This document shows positions 61,141 to 64,000 of a DNA stretch of 64,000 nucleotides, piece after piece. The first letter of the stretch is position 1, and every line of letters starts with the position of its first letter. The translations under genes and the position numbers were made by a program. The notes below the pieces were generated by a model, which saw nothing but the letters and a program-made list of their open reading frames with translations, had not been told where the DNA came from and ran no database searches. This DNA comes from Phormidesmis sp. (GTDB lineage: Bacteria; Cyanobacteriota; Cyanobacteriia; Leptolyngbyales; Leptolyngbyaceae). The stretch covers positions 1,824,001-1,888,000 of the forward strand of contig CBDFJR010000002.1 in the NCBI GenBank assembly GCA_965248535.1. Direction: 5' to 3'.

Positions 61141-62316
61141 TTACTGTTTGGACTGCGGAGTAATCTGCAACTCAACCCTGCCCCCATTGACAGCGACTTG
61201 CTGATCGTCAAGTTTACCCGATGCTTTTGGGCCTGCCAGACTAAACGGCGGATTTTCTTGGCGATAGTTGACGTTTCCCGTCGCTTCAAACTGCTGAGTT
61301 GTGATCAGCCAGAGCACCCGATCGGCATCCAACTTCGACTGATTTTTCTGACCGATGCCCCGGACGTTGCCCACGAGATCAACGGTGTTTTTCTGCAAGT
61401 CCATTTGGCCTTGATTGGCATTCAACGTGACTTGCTGAGGTGGATTGAGAATCGTAATCGGCTGGCTAGAGGTGAGGGTTTGCAAGTCCAAATTCCAGAG
61501 CAAACTATTGCTGCTGACTTGCACCCCCTTTTCTTTAAAGTCCAGTTGAGCATTTTGCTGAAGATTGACGGTTTTGGCCTTCAAATCTACGGTGCCTTTG
61601 TCAGCAGAACCACGATCGCTCAACACCCCGTTTTTATATTGCTCAATTTGCAGGGGACGATCGCCGATCACCGTCTCGCCTTTGATATCCCACGTCAGGT
61701 GCTCGGTTTTGATCTGAAGATCAGGGCTTTTAGAAGCCGCCACAATCTGACGAAATAGCTCCATCGTTCGACCACGGGTTAAAACGCGGCCTTCTTGAGC
61801 CGAAAACTGCATCTGTTTGTGGGTGCCCGTGACGTGATCGCGAACAAATAACACATCCTCAGTAGGTCGCCACTCTAGCTCATCGCCCTTTAAAATCGTG
61901 CCGTCTCGGATATCGGTGGCGATTATTTTTCCCTTTAGGAAAATAGACTTGCCATCGCCTTTGACTTCGCCTGTAGATGCCGCAATCTGAAAAACTGGTT
62001 TGCCATCTTGATAAAGCTCCCCCTTGGGGTCTTGAATCACCGCACTTTTCTGATCTTTGCTATAGCTGGCCTGCTTGGCTTTTACCTTCCACCAGAGTTT
62101 TCCGCGATCGTCGGCTTGCTCTAGGGTGACATCGTTAAAGGTGGCGTTGCTGTCAAATCGCTGAATTTCTTTGGTGTCTGCTCTCAGTTTGTCAGCCGTC
62201 TGGTTGCGGTTGACACACCCCCCTATCCCCATGAGTAAGGACATTGAGAGCAAATTGAGGGCGATCGCTCGCTGTAAAAGGCTCGTTTTAATCGCAGTCA
62301 GCATAAAAATCATCAA
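61141..62316 (-). CDS. lptC: LPS export protein LptC-like lipoprotein
   Basis: Lipobox IGGC; beta-jellyroll-like repeats; TLEQADDRGKLWW. Confidence 0.7.
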   Translation of the reverse strand: MMIFMLTAIKTSLLQRAIALNLLSMSLLMGIGGCVNRNQTADKLRADTKEIQRFDSNATFNDVTLEQADDRGKLWWKVKAKQASYSKDQKSAVIQDPKGELYQDGKPVFQIAASTGEVKGDGKSIFLKGKIIATDIRDGTILKGDELEWRPTEDVLFVRDHVTGTHKQMQFSAQEGRVLTRGRTMELFRQIVAASKSPDLQIKTEHLTWDIKGETVIGDRPLQIEQYKNGVLSDRGSADKGTVDLKAKTVNLQQNAQLDFKEKGVQVSSNSLLWNLDLQTLTSSQPITILNPPQQVTLNANQGQMDLQKNTVDLVGNVRGIGQKNQSKLDADRVLWLITTQQFEATGNVNYRQENPPFSLAGPKASGKLDDQQVAVNGGRVELQITPQSKQ

Positions 62317-62480
62317 AACGCTCGTAAAATCTTAGACGCGATCGGGCGCTAAAATGCTCCCTGGTTAGCTCCTAGCTTTCTCCCACCCCATTTAAAAATA
62401 CTCATAAAAATGGGGGAGTGTGGAATCTCCATCACGCCCCTACTCTAGCTTTAGCAGAGAATCATCGCTGATCGCGCCTA

Positions 62481-63095
62481 TCAAAGGGAATGATCATCGT
62501 CTGAGTCATCCATGATTCCAACTCCCGTCAGCGGACGATAGGTGTAGCTGCGCGGCGTTTTCTGGATATCTTCTTTGATGTTGTCGAGATCGATGTAGCG
62601 ATCGGCAACATTAATTAAGCTATCACTGGTCATTGACCTCAGACTGACCACTTCAACCCGCACCCCACGATAGCTGACTGCATTCACAGCATAGGCTAAA
62701 TCGCCATCACCACTCACCAGCACCGCCGTATCATAAGACCCGACCAGCGACATCATATCAACCGCGATCTCAACATCCAGGTTGGCTTTTTTAGAGCCAT
62801 CGGGCAACTGCACCAAGTCTTTTGAGATGACGCGATAGCCGTTGCGTCGCATCCACAGCAAGAAGCCCTGCTGCTTTTCATTGGTGCGATCGACCCCCGT
62901 ATAGAAGAACGATCGCAGCAGGCGAGAACCCGCCGTTAGCCGACACAGCAGTTTGGTGTAATCGATTTCAATTCCCAGTTGCAGTGCCGCATAAAAGAGG
63001 TTAGACCCATCAATAAAAATGGCAACCCGACCCCGATTTTCAAGCACCTGCTCTGGTGAAAATACTATTTCAGACTCATTCATGTGATTTAACAT
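62481..63095 (-). CDS. NYN domain protein (LabA/DUF88 family)
   Basis: IFIDGSNL, KANLDVEIAVDM, LVSGDGD. Confidence 0.88.
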   Translation of the reverse strand: MLNHMNESEIVFSPEQVLENRGRVAIFIDGSNLFYAALQLGIEIDYTKLLCRLTAGSRLLRSFFYTGVDRTNEKQQGFLLWMRRNGYRVISKDLVQLPDGSKKANLDVEIAVDMMSLVGSYDTAVLVSGDGDLAYAVNAVSYRGVRVEVVSLRSMTSDSLINVADRYIDLDNIKEDIQKTPRSYTYRPLTGVGIMDDSDDDHSL

Positions 63096-63185
63096 AGTTG
63101 CTAACCTCAGTTTTTATGAAAGTATCGATGTTTAATCTGTATGCAATTTAGAAAAACCACGAGAAAACCCATGATCTGTCTTCGT

Positions 63186-64000
63186 TTATTGAGACTCTTC
63201 TAGCGGAAGATCTAATTTCTGAAACACAGGATGCGGCTCACCTAGAATCTGTTTAGCTGGAAGCACTCCCCACATCTGATGCTTCTGAAAAGTGGTTGCA
63301 ACATCTGTTAAACGAGTGTCACCAAAATCAGCCGCATAGCCCAACTGTTGGTAAATCTGAGTGCTGATGTTAGGAATAACGGGCGACAAAAGATAGGCCG
63401 CCAGGCGAACAGACTCTAAAACCGAGTAGAGAACTTGCTCAACATCTGCTTGTTTTCCTTGCTTATAGAGTGACCAGGGGGCTTGCTCATCAATGTATTT
63501 ATTGCCCATTCTGACAAAAGTCAAAATTGCGTCACAGGCATTGCTAAAGGCAAGAGAATCATAAGCTTGAGCTACTTTAGATCCTAACTCCGATCCCACC
63601 ACTTTTAAGAAATTGTCAGCCGCAACCTCCTCACCAGACACATCAGGAACGTGCCCCTCACAGTATTTTTGCGCCATTTTTAGCGTTCGATTGAGCAAGT
63701 TGCCTAAGTCGTTGGCTAAGTCGGCGTTTAGAATATTGACGAAACGAACTTCATCAAACACCCCATCCCGGCCAAACTCGATTTCCTTAAGGAAATAGTA
63801 ACGAACGGCATCGGCTCCATAGCGATCGACCAAGGGCACTGGATCAATGGCATTGCCTGTGCTTTTGCCTATTTTCAAGCCATCGCGCACCAAAAAACCG
63901 TGACCAAAGACACGATCGGGCAGAGATAGCCCGGCTGACATCAGCATGGCGGGCCAATAAACGGCATGAAACCGCAAAATATCTTTGCCAATTAGATGAA
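63186..64000 (-). CDS. metG: Methionine--tRNA ligase, 3' part (truncated at window end)
   Basis: IGKDILRFHAVYWPAML, HGF, KIGKS (KMSKS-like), LANDLGNLLNR. Confidence 0.93.
   Translation of the reverse strand, partial: HLIGKDILRFHAVYWPAMLMSAGLSLPDRVFGHGFLVRDGLKIGKSTGNAIDPVPLVDRYGADAVRYYFLKEIEFGRDGVFDEVRFVNILNADLANDLGNLLNRTLKMAQKYCEGHVPDVSGEEVAADNFLKVVGSELGSKVAQAYDSLAFSNACDAILTFVRMGNKYIDEQAPWSLYKQGKQADVEQVLYSVLESVRLAAYLLSPVIPNISTQIYQQLGYAADFGDTRLTDVATTFQKHQMWGVLPAKQILGEPHPVFQKLDLPLEESQ

Noticed and set aside
59697..61758. Long antisense ORFs (59697-60320, 61198-61758) and similar shadow ORFs
   Set aside because: They overlap well-supported genes on the opposite strand and have no recognisable motifs
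62481..63095. Assignment as circadian labA
   Set aside because: The NYN family is clear, but the sequence looks more like a paralogue; orthology cannot be settled by eye
1..64000. Abundant GCGATCGC octamers
   Set aside because: Known cyanobacterial HIP1; used only as a host signature

Overview
A 64 kb window of a cyanobacterial chromosome. The HIP1 octamer GCGATCGC is abundant, and the gene content (NDH-1 CO2-uptake genes, ndhS, cpcT, hik2) fits a cyanobacterium, plausibly filamentous. Most of the window is housekeeping: the 3' end of cupB, the ndhF3-ndhD3-cupA operon with CcmR-like boxes, murQ, tatC, an allantoin-utilisation cluster, gshA, hik2, a GH1 glucosidase, gcvP, uvrC, ndhS, rodA, mrp, hemF, cpcT, tadA, nnr, pstSCAB, rbp, plsY, an lptC-like gene and partial metG, plus three tRNAs (Gly, Thr, Tyr). 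The most interesting signal is integron-type gene cassettes sitting in ordinary chromosomal sites, with no integrase gene in the window. (i) A 761-bp cassette (58555-59315) carries an OGFr-like gene, complementary core sites GTTATGC/GCATAAC and an attC. It lies exactly between the ribosome-binding site and the ATG of a wcaF-like gene; removing it restores TGA-CG-AGGAG-AACA-ATG. (ii) A partly decayed attC-terminated cluster (about 10641-11711) carries a hypothetical gene and a ParE/RelE-type toxin-antitoxin pair. Also seen: an IS630 remnant beside tRNA-Gly, two families of dispersed palindromic repeats (one amplified as a 3x53-bp tandem), a GntR-like operator in the allantoin cluster, two unannotated small membrane ORFs, and frameshifts in lhgO, an AI-2E transporter, uvrC and rodA. 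The single-base frameshifts may be sequencing errors. All product calls come from motif recognition by eye, not from database searches.
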